A stretch of DNA of 64,000 nt from Camelus ferus (Eukaryota). Shown here one piece after another: positions 1-14,100 of this stretch. The stretch is from positions 68,946,001 to 69,010,000 of the forward strand of contig NC_045696.1 of assembly GCF_009834535.1 (NCBI RefSeq). Reading direction: 5' to 3'. Both the position numbers and the translations under genes were made by a program. Positions within the stretch are counted from its first letter, which is position 1, and the number at the start of each line of letters is the position of its first letter. Under the pieces are notes generated by a model. The model did no database searches and had not been told where the DNA came from. It saw only the letters and a list, made by a program, of their open reading frames with translations.

Positions 1-1501
1 GTGTCGATGGTAAGGAGGTATTTCCTGGGTAAAAATAGGAGCAGGATGTTATGAGACGGGGCTCCTGTTTTCACAAGCCTCTCTGTGCAAACAGCTGAGG
101 GTTATAAGTTGCCACAGGTGGAACTTCTGTTCCTAAGAGCTCACTGCACACATCCTAGGGTGAGCTGGGAGAACCGGAAGTGACCACGTCAGGAAGGCAG
201 TGATGTTCCATCTGCAGGAAGGACCTCTCACGATAAGACTCATATTGTTAGGTGGGCCATTGTACAACCTATGCTGCTGTTTACTTTGGATTAAATGCTC
301 TAGCATTCCATGCTCGTTTATATCTTTATGCCCTTCTGTTTTGCAAATACCTCCAAGAGTTCTTCCTGTTGGCCATTCATACATCTTCCCCACTGCTACC
401 CTTCTTTGCTTCTCCTAAGGTGCACCCTCCCCCGGCCCTGGGTACCCTTAGACTTACTCAGTTCCCCCATTACATGCACGTCCCATGTTGCACTGTCAGT
501 ATATTTTTTTGCAAGGCCCGCTGCACCACTGAACTCTGATATCCTGAAGCTTACTTCCCGCTACACAGGTTACACCCAGCTTGCGTGGTGGTTTGGCGGT
601 TTGGGGTGGGGGGGGGGTCTGTGTGCAGCACTCTGCCTGGGCTGTGTTGGGGGACATGCAAGAAGGAGGTGGTGTGTTCTTGGGGAAACCTGTTTTCAGA
701 GACATGAGACATGGAAAAGAGTTAAAAAAACAGTACAACAGGAAGGCAGACAAAATCAGAGGAGGCAGACAGGACTGGCCGACCTCCTTCCTGTGCAAAT
801 TATACTACTTGATCCTGGCCTATACAGTTCTTTACAGATTATCAAGCACATTCACATGTGTTCTCTCATGTCATGAACAGGATATCACTGCCCTCTGTTT
901 TGTAAAAGACAAAACTGTGGCCCAGAGAAGTGAAATGACCTGCTGACGGCTATCTAATCAGTACTGGTAGACCAGGACTGGGGCCAAGTCTTCTGATTTT
1001 AAATCTGGTTTCCTTTCTTCCTGTCTCAGGTTGGTAACTTGGGGCCTGGAAAGGAGAAGGGACTCACCTGGAACTGCAGATGTGATAAAAGACTTTAGAC
1101 AGTGCTGACGATGCCAAGCACTCTATGTGGTCAATGAATGGGGAGTGTTTATACAACCCTGAAACATTCATATAAAAGTCTGCTCAGTGAATCCAACGTG
1201 CTGGGTGATCCTCCAGCCCTGGAGGGGATTACGACTTCTTCTGGGTACCAGAAGAAATAATTATCTTGAGTTTAGTACTATGTAGCCCAAAAAAGAGAGT
1301 ATTTCAACACTGGGATCACATCCAGCACAAAATGCTTTCACCCTACAGGGACTGAGGAAATCTCTGGCTCCTGTCTCCCCGTCTGCACTTGTGCAAGCCT
1401 CAAAGTAAGCTGACTGAGTGGCTGTCAGGACCGTGGGGACTATTTCCATTACTTTTTCTGTCTTTCCCAATCTCTCCCTTTACAAAAATGTGCTGAGTAT
1501 G

Positions 1502-1780
1502 GACACAGCAAACAAACTATGGTTACCAAAGGGGAAGTGCGGGGGAGAGGTAAATTAGGAGTTTGGGACTAACAGAAACACATTACTACATATAAAATAG
1601 ATAAACAACAAGGACGTACTGTATAATATAGGAAACTATATTCAATTTCTTGTAATAACATATAAAGGAAAAGAATCTGAATGAAAAAAAAATATATATA
1701 TATATAACTGAATCACTTTGCTGTACACCCAAAACTAACATTGTAAATCAACCACACTTCAATAAAATTTTTTTTTTTTA
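1502..1780 (+). mobile_element. 5'-truncated cetartiodactyl-type L1 3' end
   Basis: tatggttaccaaagggg...aaattaggagtttggga...ataaacaacaagg...(TA)n...actgaatcactttgctgtacacc...aataaa. Diverged TSD aatgtgctgagta / aatgtgctgggta. Confidence 0.9.
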
Positions 1781-4279
1781 ATGTGCTGGGTAGACTGGAC
1801 ATGCCACTCTGTGAGCTTATATGCTGTTTCCCTGAGATGAAGCCATACTAAGCTTCTATCATTAGGGTTGACGTTCAGGGGAAAAAGGTAATCACAGCCT
1901 AACACCGTGAGAATACGCGCACGACAAGGAGCACGCAGAGCGGCTCAGGTCACAGCGCCCACCGCTGACAAGGACGCATGTCCACGTCTACATGCCTCAC
2001 CACGATTATAAGCATCACTTCTGAGCGCCAAGTCTGCACTAGATTCTCCCTATTTTAAGTCTTCTGAATAACTCTGTGGGTTATTTTACACATGAGAAAG
2101 CTGAAGCTGAGAGCAACCGAGTGATTTTCCAAAGGCCACACACCTAGAAAGGGACAGAACCAAGATCCAAATCTCACTCCCCAAGTCTCGCCCTTTCTAG
2201 CATGCTGCTCCTCCGACCTGCAACTGAGGCCTTGTTATTTAACAAAGCCTTTTTATTTTCTAAAACATTTTAAAATAATTATTTTAAAAAAAAACAACTC
2301 TTGAGTTACCTAACTGAAAAGCAGACAAAAAACCCCACTCCACGATCCCATGGGATGACTCCTGCGAGTCTGTGGCCCTGTTGAGCTTCACGCCCAGTTT
2401 CCCTGGCATTCCCTTTGCTACTCCAGCATCTCTTGGCTCCATCGGACAGAACAGTAAATGACTTCTTTGTTTGGAATGACGGAAGTCCCAGTGACCTCAT
2501 AACTGCCTCCAAAATAAAACAGGCCTTGTAAGACAATTTTTTTTTCTTAAAATCTCAAGTTCCTTGGGTTATTTATGGCAATTTAATAACTAAGTCAGAC
2601 TGGCCCTTCGTGAAACTGATAGAGAATGTACCTGGCCCAAGAGCCAGCCAAACCGTGACCACAGGGACCTGACAGGAAGTTTGACCCTGGAATCAATTCC
2701 TTTATGAACTTGATACTTTTGACTCCTCATGCAGGTGTTTATCAAGTGCCTGAAAAGGAAGCCCCCACCCCAGGCTCGGTACTGTGGGGGTCAGAGTACC
2801 AGCCCACGGGTAGCTCCAGGCATCATGGGGAGTGGGTACGGGGCAGGTGGAAGAGCCATCCCGTCATAGGAGCCCATCCTCCACCATCCCCAGAAGATGA
2901 GGAGATGGGTGGTGCTGGAGCAGTTAGTAAAGGGTTCGCCTCACAAGTGCTGACCCGTAAGCAGTGGGACCCAACTGATAGCAGACTGAGTGCTTTGAGG
3001 GCAGAGACCACGTCTAATTTGTTTCTGTGTTCCCAGAAAAGTAGGCCTCAGATATTTGTTGTGGATGTTTTAGATCATAGTCACATACTGTGCTTACAAT
3101 TTGAACAGATATTTATGGTTGAATACTGAAACTGTTCTCAGATGCCACAGCAGAATCTCAAGGGCGCAGTTTGAGGAACCTGGATTCCTGTCCTCAGAAT
3201 TGATTGGGCCATTTGGGAGTTCAGGTGGAGATGAGGCAGATGGTAGAGTGGTACCCAAAAGGCTTCTCAAAGGGCGGGATGCACTGATGTCCCCAAAGAT
3301 TCTAGGCAGATCACCCTCTGTCCTCAGAAGGGAGGAGAGGTGGCTGGGGAACGGAAGCCATGCTGGCTTCTAGTGTGGGAAGGTGAGCAGGGGCCAAGCT
3401 CTGTGCCCAGTGGAAGTCACTACCGCCCACGAGCTCATCCTGCCCCCTCCCCACCCCGAGCAGTGGAGTTATGGGAGGGAAGGAAGCAAGATGAATAAGG
3501 ATCATCACAGAAGGCACCATGGCAGCTCACACCGCTGCCCAGCAGGGGACGAGAACATCAGGCAACTAGCCCCTGCTTCCAGGGGCCAGGGTCTCAAGAG
3601 CACACACGTCACCAGTGAGACCTGGGGAGGCTGGGGGAGATGAGCCTTACGTGTCACAGCTGTGAAAGGCCTACATCAGGCCATCCAGGGAGGGATGGCA
3701 TCTTTTGACTGAACATGTGGAAAGAACCAGTAACAGAATCACCTACCCTGTGTGCCTCGTGGTAACTAACTGACTGGCTCTTTTTCTTTTGTGGGAAAGA
3801 CCTTTCTATGAAGCTTTTAGTTGATACCATGGGAGAGGCAGGTAGGACGAGCCAGTTACCTTCTCCTGGACTGGCGGTGAACTGGCTTTTCATTCAGGCC
3901 AGGCATGTATTATCTCCTGGGTGGAGTGTGCTTCTAGTGCCGGCGCCTCATTCATGATTTGTTCACTCAGGGTGTGCAGAGTCCTTGTTTAGGACCCTGT
4001 CTGGACCTAGCAGCGTGGTAGGTGCCTGAGCTGCAGTGAGGACTAGCATGCTTCCTGCACTCTGGAAGGTCATACCCTCATAGAGCAGACAGACATAGAA
4101 ACTGGGAGAGGGCTGCTGGGATGGGGTCTGCACAGAGTGCTGTGGGAGCTCAGACTGGCGGTCAGGGAGACGTTGGCTCCTGTACTAAATTACCTCATTG
4201 TCAACATGCTCTTAAGAACCAGTCAGACCCACTGGTTCTTTCCACATGTTCAGTCAAAAGATGCTTGTGGCCCCCCAAC

Positions 4280-4920
4280 CCCCCTCGACCCTCTCTTTTT
4301 TAAGCTAAACAGTCTCAATCTTTGAACCATTTCTTAAATAGCATGGTTTCTGAACCCCCTACACTTTCTGTTCCCTTGCCTCTGGGCCTGTTCCCACTTG
4401 TCCACATCACTCTTAAAAACTCCGCAGTGTCCAGGTGTGGCCAGACTAGTATGGAACAGAAGACCGACTACACCCCTACCATGCAAATGTGAAGAGTTTC
4501 TGGTGAGTTTTTAGCAGCCTCATGCTGAGATCAGCTGAACTCCAGCTCCCCGGCCTTTCTTACACGTCCTGTTCTCTAGCTACGTCTGGCTGGGCTGCTG
4601 TTGCTATCTGGCGCTCACATTTTATCCTCCGTTTATCCTGGTGCATTCTCTCTTTCTACACTCAGCCTCTCCTCCAGCCTGTGAAGCTTACAGAGAACCT
4701 TGACCCTGGCACATGCAACATGTGCTCCTCCTCCTGGCTTTAAATCATCCATACATATGACCAGCACGCCTTGTCTAGGTACTGCTCTAAATCACAAGTG
4801 AGATAAGGACCGTCACAACAGACACAAATTAGCATTCTTTAGTGACAGTCATAGAGGCACTACATTTAAGCCAACTGAACCATCGTTAGTGGTTCCACAC
4901 TTTCCATCTTGTTCATGAGA
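4280..4920 (-). mobile_element. L3/CR1 relic
   Basis: aagctaaacagtctcaatctttgaaccatttc...gcatggtttct...cctctgggcctgttcccacttgtccacatcactcttaaaa...tccaggtgtggccagactag is typical antisense CR1. Confidence 0.7.
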
Positions 4921-5265
4921 ATATAAATCCTCAGCTATTGAGGATACAAGTAAGTTCATTGCCTGACAGAAGAGTTCTAAGTTAATTCTCATCATAATCG
5001 ACATAAAGATTCTCTATGCTTCAGTATCACACAAGAATGCCTGGCCATTGAGGGGATACTTGGAATGGCCTTTAAAATATAGTTACTGGGAAAGACATTA
5101 TCTTATGTAGTAAGACATTACAAATAGAGAAAAGCTACAGTACGTTCCAATATGAGCCTCAAATTGCAAGTGTCAGGTCATGGAACTCTAAGTCTTGTGT
5201 CCCAGGGTGAGGAGAAGCAGTGGGGATTTATTTAATAATTATTTTAAGCACCACAGTTATCACTT

Positions 5266-5426
5266 TTTTGTTTTTTGGGTTTTTTTAAATTTTTGTTTGT
5301 TTGTTTGTTTGGGGGGCGTAGTTCAGTTTATTTATTTATTTTTAATGGAAGTACCGTCCTGGGAATTGAACCCAGGACCTCATGCGCGCTATGCACATGC
5401 TCTACCACTGAGCTCCACCCTGCCCT
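5266..5426 (-). mobile_element. Vic-1-type camelid SINE (tRNA-Ala derived, extended tail)
   Basis: Reverse complement of the tRNA-Ala-like head plus an AT-rich tail. TSD agttatcactt / agtcatcactt. Confidence 0.9.
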
Positions 5427-6347
5427 AGTCATCACTTACTGAGCCTACCACGTGCACGCATTTTATGCAGGTCTTCTTAGTTATTGCCTGATGCTGATGG
5501 CCTGTAATTAGCCCTTTTGAAAACCCAAATGTTTCCCTCTCCCTGGGTTTCTTCCACTCTCTGGAAGATGCTGAAGAGCTCCAACAGCACTTTAGCAAAA
5601 ACGTCTGCAAGTTTTCTCAAGGCCCTGGTAATTCATTCAACCAACTAACTATCCCTTTAGTAAGTAAATATTTCTCAAGATTTTCCTGAGAACAGGACGC
5701 TGTGCTGGGCGCTGGGGACTCTGGCTGACTTCAAGTAGCTAACATCTCTTAAGATTCATCCCTCTTTAGCCACGGGTCTCCATCCCCTCCCCCGGTTGCT
5801 GGCTGGGTGGCCTTGGGCAGGTTACACTGAGCACTGATACGATGAGCTTTATACCTAACGGGGACGAGTGGAGCGCGCGCGTGCTCAGCATAACTCTAGG
5901 CGCACAGGATACTTCATAAATAGTAGGGCCTTCCTTTCATCCTTTCCTATGCGCCTGCCAATGTCTTCTCAGAGAAGGCAGGTGTGAAATAGGAGTCTAA
6001 TTGTTCTGCCTTCGCCCTGGACATCTGTGAACTTTACATCACTTGCCACCTTGGGGAATTAAGCATGTGTTCTTTGCATATCATTTTTTTAAAGGGGGAA
6101 AAAAAAAAAGACTTCGGTTCTTGATGCATTTTGCAAGTCATGGTTCCTCTTATTTCTTCCTTTCCTAACATATTCTATTTATAAAATTTAAAGGAAACAA
6201 ACTCAGATTATTTAAATCCAACTCCCAGAGGCATCTTGGTATGAGATACAGCTCGCACAGCGCCAGCCTCTGACCGAGAGTCAAATGGTCTTTCTGCCAC
6301 CCTTGGCCAGCTCACTTGTTTTATTTCCCTGGACTGGACTCGCCATT

Positions 6348-6703
6348 TGCTATAGTCTGAATGTTTGTGTGCCCCACAAGTTCACATGCTGAAATCCTAA
6401 TCCCCAGAGATGAAATTACTAGGAGGTGGGGGCCTCTGGGAGGTGATCAGGTCATGAGGGTGGAGCCCTCGCAGACGCAATTAGTGCCCTTATAAAATGG
6501 GCCTCAGGGAGGTCCACTGCCTCTCCCACGGAGTGAAGACACAGCAAGAAGGCCCCAGCTGTGAACCAGGAAGTGGGCCCTCATCAGAACACCACCATGT
6601 TGGTACTCTGATCTCAGGCTTCCCAGCCTGAGAAATAAATGTCTGTTGTTTAAAAGCCACCCCGTCTGGCCTTCTGTTACAGCAGCCCAAATAGACTAAG
6701 TCA
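6348..6703 (+). mobile_element. MaLR solo LTR (MLT1A-like)
   Basis: TG...CA ends; tctgaatgtttgtgtgcccc...gggaggtgatcaggtcatgagggtggagccctc...aataaatgtctgttgtttaaaagccac...cagcagcccaaatagactaag. Near-TSD ccatt/ccatc. Confidence 0.9.
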
Positions 6704-7699
6704 CCATCCTATCCCTCACATCCTTTTGGGTAACATGTCATTCTAGTCACCCAAGTGAGTCAGCTGTAGATTTATCTCCTAAAAGCATCACCATGGTGCA
6801 GTACAGAGGAAACCAAAATATAACCATGTATAGCTGCTCAAAACACTGAGGAGTGTGTCACTAAGAGAAGTGCCACTTGCCCACAGTCAGGGGCTCCAAA
6901 AGCAACCTCCCTACATCAGACACTCTTGTTACTTTGTTGCTGTTGTTGATACAGTGAGCTGTCACTCAATTCTGCAGGATTTTATATTACAATCAATGAA
7001 TACCCATGGTGGGCCCACTATGCGCCAGGCACGGAGTGAGGGGCTTGGACTCAGTAGCAGCTCTTGGCAAGGACCAGATATAATTTGCTCTATGTTCCAT
7101 TTGCAGGGTCTGCATGTTATGTGCTTACTTGTCACTTCCCCACCCCCTACGGTCACTTCCCCCTCCCTCCTCACCCACCCACACCCAAAAGATCGGGTTT
7201 TTTTTTTATAGCTGAAAAAAAAATCCCTCAAACAAATCACTTCCTCAAACAACAACCTAATCTCTCCTTCCTCACAGCAGGGCCTCTTGAGATGATTACA
7301 CCTCCCCACTTTCCACTTGCTCCGCAAATACTTGGAGTCAGCCCACATCATTCCACTGAAATTGCGTTTTTAATTGCAAAATCTAAAGACTCCTCTGTGG
7401 TGCCTACCTCAGTGAGGCCTTTCTGGTTCTTTTTCTTCAAACTCCCTGACAGGCCACCTCCCAGGTCCCCCCTCCTCCCTCCCTGTCTCAGCTCCTCTGG
7501 TGCCAGCCCTGAAATGCCCGCCCCTCCAGGGGTCCAGCCTCAGCCTCAGGGCCTCCCCTCCCTCAGTACCCCCTCACACACAGATGGTCCTGCAGCCATG
7601 TGGCCAGGGCCCTCTGGCACCTCCCCCAGATCACATCTTTTAAAAGAATTTAAACCAGACACCTGTAGAGAAACTTGACACTCTACATTTACTCATTTT

Positions 7700-8060
7700 T
7701 TTAAATGCATTAACCACTATGTGCTCAGCATAATTCTTAATGCTCAAGACACTTAACCAGATGAAGATCGCTGCCCTTAGAGCTTTACATTCTAGCAGAG
7801 AAACGAAAAACCATAAACGTCATAAGCAAATTACTTAGTATCGCAGAAGATACTAAGTGCTGGAGGAAACAAAGCAGAGCAGAGTATGGGAAGAGGAGGA
7901 CCAGAAGTGCTGGGCTGAGGCAGGTTTCCATTTTTAAAAGGGCAGTCACAACAGGCGTCATTGAGAAGTGGACATCTGAGCAAAGAATCAAAGGTGGCAA
8001 AGGAGCAAGCCCTACAATCTCCCAGGAAGAGCATTTAACACAGGAGGAAGGCCCAGGCTG
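7700..8060 (-). mobile_element. L2 3' fragment (others at ~3950-4150, 8380-8830, 12360-12900, 16780-17020, 19470-19700, 38240-38600, 40950-41290)
   Basis: cactatgtgctcagc...gctgcccttagagctttacattctagcagag...cattgagaagtggacatctgagcaaaga. The other copies carry L2 motifs such as the tgttgaatgaat end. Confidence 0.75.
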
Positions 8061-9132
8061 GAGGTGTAACTGTGGGAGTTATCAACACGGAGGGCCCTTT
8101 GCAGGTCCTTGATCAGCTGGTTGAGTTTTTCTCTACCCCACCACATGGGTGTTTACTCTGGAGCAAGAGTTCCTGGGTTTAAGCCTGACTCTACCACTTC
8201 TCAGCTGTATTACCTTAGCAGGCTACTCAACTGCTCTGATCAGGTTTCCGCACTGGTAAAACGGAGAATAACAGCTCCTACTTGTCAGAGTAATAATCAG
8301 GGGAAAAGAGGCAATTCATGTCAACTACCTTGCACATAAGCACCCAATATGTTAGTAATTACAATCCTCTCCCTCACCCTCTCCATCACTTACTATCTTG
8401 CTAAGTGGTATCTTCAATTTTTCCTTCTTTCTTACCTCATATTCAACTCATCCTTCATCCAGGGTGCTCCTGGATCACATGTTCATCCTGGTACCTCATT
8501 GCCCCCCAGAACAAGCCCTTAAAAGATATTGAATCAAACTCAACATGAAACAAAGTTATCATTTCTACTCTCAGAACATTTCTTAAATTTGTCTCCACCT
8601 CTCTTGTATCATTATTTCTCATCTGAGCACCCAATAAATTTTACTTAAACCTCAATTATAGCTCAAATAAAATTAAAATATAATTTGTATTTGCTTACAT
8701 GTCTGTCTTCCCTTAAAACTGTAAGCATTTCAATCACCAAGTAATAATTAGCTCCACAGCCCTAGTGTCTTTGTATCCAGCGGCCAGACCATGGTTAAGT
8801 CTCCAATAAACATCAGGTGAACAAAGGAAGAAATAATTTTATTGGCTACCTATTACCTGCTAGATACTGAAATTCAACTACAACCATTACTACCTCTAAT
8901 AAACCACAGTTCCTGCCCTCAAAGAGTTTTGAGACCAACTTAGTGCACCTGAGGCAGAAAACAAAACAGCTAATTAAATGTAATGAGATCAGGCTAATGA
9001 AAGAACAAGCTATTGACCATGTTTAACACAAGAAGCCCCAAGAAAAAGATTATCATCTTGGCTAGAAATATAAGACAGGTACTGTTATTGGAATGGTTAT
9101 CTACAACCCGAAGCTCAAGAAGGAAGAGATGT

Positions 9133-9218
9133 GGGGGGAGGGTGGAGCTCAGTGGTAGAGTGTGTGCTTAGCATGCACAAGGTCCTGGGTTCAATCCCTA
9201 GCACCTCCATTGAAAAAA
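9133..9218 (+). mobile_element. Vic-1-type SINE
   Basis: gggagggtggagctcagtggtagagtgtgtgcttagcatgcacaaggtcctgggttcaatccctagcacctcca plus an A tail. Confidence 0.92.
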
Positions 9219-11070
9219 AGGATTCTTTAATAGAAGATGGAGAAGTGAGGCAGGCCACTGGGGGCTTCATCAGTGGTCAGGGATAGCAGAGAGGAGAAAT
9301 GGCAGTAAGAGTGCCCAGCTCAAACCGGAGGCTTGAGTGCTGGAAGAAAGGATGGCAGATAAGCAATCAGAAAGGAGAGTGTGGTGGAGGACTCTCCATC
9401 TTAACTGGACTACTTGAATGATGTAAAATCAAAAAATAAGATCTGTTCAGTTATGGGAAATAAAGCAAGCCCTCAACTGCCTTCACCACTCTTGGACGAT
9501 TTTTGTTTTTCTAACTCAACAGACCTGTCCATCAGAAGGGGCAATCTCTTTGTGTTGGCAGACAGAGACGGGGGCTCAGATGTCTTGTCCAAGGTAATAC
9601 ACACAGGTGGCCTCTGCTCTCAAGAGCGAGGTTGATTTAATGATGTGCAGCTCCTGCTCCCTTCCTCCCACTGCATCTTCCCACCTGTTTTCACTCCTTG
9701 TCGAACAAATTCCTGGCTCTCAACATGTATGCCACAGAGCCCAGCCGCTCGCAGGCACGCATTCCCCCACGTAGCTGGCCACCATCCTTAGCACTAATGG
9801 AGTGTCGCTGAGAGTCACTAGTAGCCAGAAATCTATCTGTGCTGCAGTCACCGGAAGATGACTCAAGAAAGGTCCCAGTAGTCCACATTCATAAAGGTTA
9901 GGGAAGACTTCAAACATGAACGTTGAGATCTGCCATCCCTGGGCTGCTCTGTCCACAGCTTTACCCTCTAGCACTCGGGTAACAAATCCCTAAGTTTCTT
10001 CCTCATCAAGAGAAGCCAAACTTTCTGTTATTCCAACAAGGCAAAATTATACAGGCATAAGAAGTTCTAACTTGTGAGTCACGTAGAGCTAGGTTTGAAG
10101 TCCAACTACACTGCTTGCTAGCTCTGTCACCTAGGGCAACTTGGCTGAATTTTGGTGGCCTCGGTTTATTCATCTGTACAACAGGGATAGTGTTCTTCCC
10201 TATATTAACAGGTCCTGGGGAGAATTAAATGGGGAAAGGAAGCACCCAGCCCACGATCAGTATTCAAGATGACAACTATTATCGTGTTTTTTTAGAAACA
10301 GAAGCATCCAAGGCAATCACTCAGTAGGATTCCTTCAGCTTTCAGCAGAGTCTTATCGACTGCTCTTAGTCTCCAAGAAAGCTGATGCTGAGTTTTATCA
10401 TCAAGGTTGAGATTGGAAACAGAAGGTCAATGGACCAGGGTAGGGGCCAGGCCTTTCCTCTGGGCTCTGATGGGACAAGACTCCCCTCTTGTCACATATG
10501 TGCTCCCAGGATGGGCCTTGAGAACTTACAAGGACAAGATGACCTGGGGATACTGGTATGAGACAGAAAGACATCTGCCCTCCCCACATTTCAGCCCCTG
10601 AGAAACACGAAGCGCTCAGTGTCCTGGTCGCAGGACTGGGAGTCTAGAGGCTCGGAAGCGACCAAGCAGACCAGCCCAGGTTGCCCAGGACATGACGCAG
10701 AGAGCGATGGCCCCAAAATACCTATTCACTTTAGCCTCTGCCACCCCTCCCTCCTGCTTTCCCTCCCAGAGTTGGGATCCTTTCTGACTTTGCATAGCTG
10801 CCCAATGCCACCTCCACGGGAACCTTCACATGCCCAAGTCCTCCTCGGTGTGTGCGTGAGGAGGGCAGACCCAGACCGGGCTTGAAGCACACCCGATACG
10901 TGATGTCACCGACTGCTCTGAACACGAGAAACAGGGATCTTTGAAGGCAGTTCACTCCATCTGCAGAGAGTTCTGAGTTTACAGTTTTAGAACGTAGACT
11001 CACTGATCCAGAGTCTACTTCCTTTGACTTCTACCTTTAAGACCTAGTTCTAGGATTAATGAATCCTTTA

Positions 11071-11133
11071 TTTTTTTTTAATGGAGGTGCTGGGAATTGA
11101 ACCCAGGGAACACTGAAAACTATACCCTACCCC
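11071..11133 (-). mobile_element. Vic-1-type SINE with internal deletion
   Basis: T-tract, then atggaggtgctgggaattgaacccagg joined to cactga...tataccctacccc. The anticodon-arm region is missing. Confidence 0.8.
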
Positions 11134-14100
11134 AAGACTACTGAATTCTTAAAAGATGGAAAATTTTGCATGATAAGGTATCCTTTTAATCAATTCATGT
11201 CATCACACTCACAGCTAATGTTTACTGAGGGCCAGCCATGAGTCACACCTTACAGGCAGGAAAGCACAATATAGTGTTTCCTGAACTTGCCAGATCTTAA
11301 TAACATTCTGGGTACCTGTTTTAGCCACTGCTCCCCAGACCCTACACCAACTGGGCTGAATCAGACGCTTAACAAGAGCCCCAGGTGATTAAGATCAGGC
11401 AAACTGGAGGCTGGTGGCCTAGTGGATTAGGTGTGGCAAAGCTGGGTCCACTACCTGTAAAACTGAACCTCAGTTACATTATCTGTGACTTCAGAATGAT
11501 AAGAGCATCCACCTATAGGGTATTCAGAGGAGTAAATGAAATGCCATAAGCCACTTGGCACAAGGCCCATCAACAGTGTCATCATCACTGATCCTAAAGA
11601 CTCCATAAAAATAGCAACCCTGTCATTCTTGCTCAATGCCACACAGTTCGCAACTGAAGTGCCTGAGACGAGGATTTAAACTCAGACGTGACCATCTCTA
11701 AAGTCTAAGCACCTGTATCCAGCAGCAACAGAAGGAGGAATTAAATGGGCAGGAGGCCCAGTGGCACAGAATGACCTACCTACCCAGGTCCTGGCTCCAA
11801 ACTCACGCCTGGACGCAGCTCACGTTGCATCTTCAGGAGCCACCACTGCGTAGGCGCCCCGGCCAGCAAGACGCCCCCAGCACCACATTATGAAAAGAAA
11901 GGTTGCCTTGGACTTCCCCCTGCCTCTGCTTCTACTCCTTCCCTGCATGCTACCCCCTCCCCTTCCTTTTGGGACCGTTCAGAACGGCCACTCTTTCTCT
12001 AGGTCTGCACCCAGCCCCGCCCTAAGGAGCTCCTCCCCTGGGAAGCAGGCTGCTGAGAGAGTCTGAGCAGCTGGCCTGGGGAGCCGGGCAAGCAGTGCTT
12101 CACTCCCCAGCCACAAGGCCTTATCACTTCACTCCTCTGGGTCTCAGTCTCAGTCGGTCTCTCTCTTTCTCTCACTCTCCGCAGTGGGGCTCATTTGCAG
12201 TAATGCTCTCGCCACACTGCCCGGCTCACCTGTCAACAATCAACAACCCCACGGCCTAAGCCTATCAGGTCTCTTTCTCTGAATCCTGTGACTTGCATTT
12301 CAGTTAAAGTGGGGCCACCTGTGACTCATACTTAAGTAATAGTTTTTTATTAGTGAGCCCCCATTCATTTGTTCACACAAATATGCCCCAAGTACAGGTG
12401 ATACAGAAATAAATAGGGTTCAGTCCCTATTACTGAGGCTTTAGTGAAAAGGGAAGACACATAAATTGATAGGTGGAAAAGTCATGTAGGGTATTAAGAA
12501 CCAAAGGCTGGGGTGGTGCTAACTCTGCTAGGGGAAGTCAGAAACAATCATGTTCATCCTGGGTTTTGAAGGATGAATAGGAGTTTACGAGGCAGAGAAA
12601 AGTATCCCCAACAGAAAAAATAGCAATGCAAAGGCTCAGTCATGAAAGCGGGACTGTGTGCTCAAGGAACGGTGAGAGGCTGTGAAGGGTGAGGGCATGA
12701 GAGCTGCAGTGATGGGAAATAACATTCAACAGAATTATCTGCTCCAGACGTAAGTGTATCTTGCCCCAGTTTATCCTGAAAGAAACTAGGATTGATGGAG
12801 GTTTCCTAAGCAAGCAAGTGATGTTGTTAGATTATTTTCTCTAAACTCATAGTTGAGCTCCAGACACTAAAAAGGAGCTTTGATGGGGCATGAAGTGGTG
12901 GAGAGAGGCCACTTCAGTTGACAGAGAAGAAGGCACCAGGGACCATTTCTCCTCAGCCCTGCACTGGCCTCCAGCCCCACTATCTACCCCACAAACCCTC
13001 GACCCAACTGACACTGAACTCTAGTCAAGTCCCCACTGGAATACCAAGTTCCAGAAGATGTTTTCAGAGCGATGGGAAGAGAAAAAGATGAGAGACAAAG
13101 GAGCTGGGACCAACTGCAGGGATAAACCAGAGGAGAGTGGGGAAATATTCTGTATCTGCTAGCTCAGTGTCCTGAAAGGAACATGCGCTTTTGGCCACGT
13201 AGACCTGGTTTCGAATCCCACCTCTACTCTTTACTACCTGCATGACCTTGTGTCATTCATTTGACCTCTCAGAGGCTGTTTTCTCATCCACAGCAAGGAG
13301 ATTACAAGCCCTGCCTCAAAGACTTGTCCCGAGGAATCAAACTACATCACTTATTTCAAGTGGCCAGCATAGGGTTCACTGCAAGATGGATCTCTAGATA
13401 TTACTAAACTGACTTTAATATGCTCATTTTTGTCTTACAGGGGAGGAGGCCATCAGGCTAAGAGACTTTCAAAAACATCAGGTCCCACTGAAGCACCGGG
13501 TTGGAATCAGCCCCATGAGACACTCACTGGGAGGTTGTGAATTTCGGAGTGAGACTCTGATACGTCCTGTCCAAGTCTCTCTCTGCCGTCGTTGGCTGTT
13601 TGCAGTTTCCATAGGATAGGATTACATTTCCCACTGGAGCCCCTTGGCCCAGGAGAGCTCAGGGCCCTGCAGCCCAGGGCTCACATGACAACCTGGCAGG
13701 GCACAGCCATTCCCGGCAAGGGCATTAATAATACCACGCCTTTTTCCACAAACTCTGGCAAACATTCTAAAGTGACAAGTAAAAACACCGAGTCCAAATT
13801 CTCCCTGGGACTAAGGGCAGAGGAGGCCAAAATAACTTGCCTTTATCAGGGCTAAATTATGTGGCTGAGCCAGAGTTCTGCTCAGGGGTGGTAGCCAAAG
13901 GAAACAGTTGAGACACAAAAGCTAAGAAATGTAGGGGAAACTTTCTTGCAGAATAAACTGCCTATGAGTGGTTTCAGTGGAATGTTTCAGGGATGCAGAT
14001 GCACAGAGAAAGGAGTCCATGAGACTTGCTGGCTGAGGAGTGAACTCGGTTCTGGACTGCATCTCAGCAACAGCCCCCAAACACGGCAGCTGCCACAGGC

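Noticed and set aside
310..946. Overlapping 100-188 aa ORFs at the window start
   Set aside because: No recognisable homology; they span a G-tract and old repeat-like sequence.
1068..1158. Minus-strand 91-nt exon-like segment (tttcag|...ccag|gtgagt) with one open frame
   Set aside because: The body resembles decayed MIR/L2 sequence and the peptide matches nothing I recognise. At most it is a cryptic exon.
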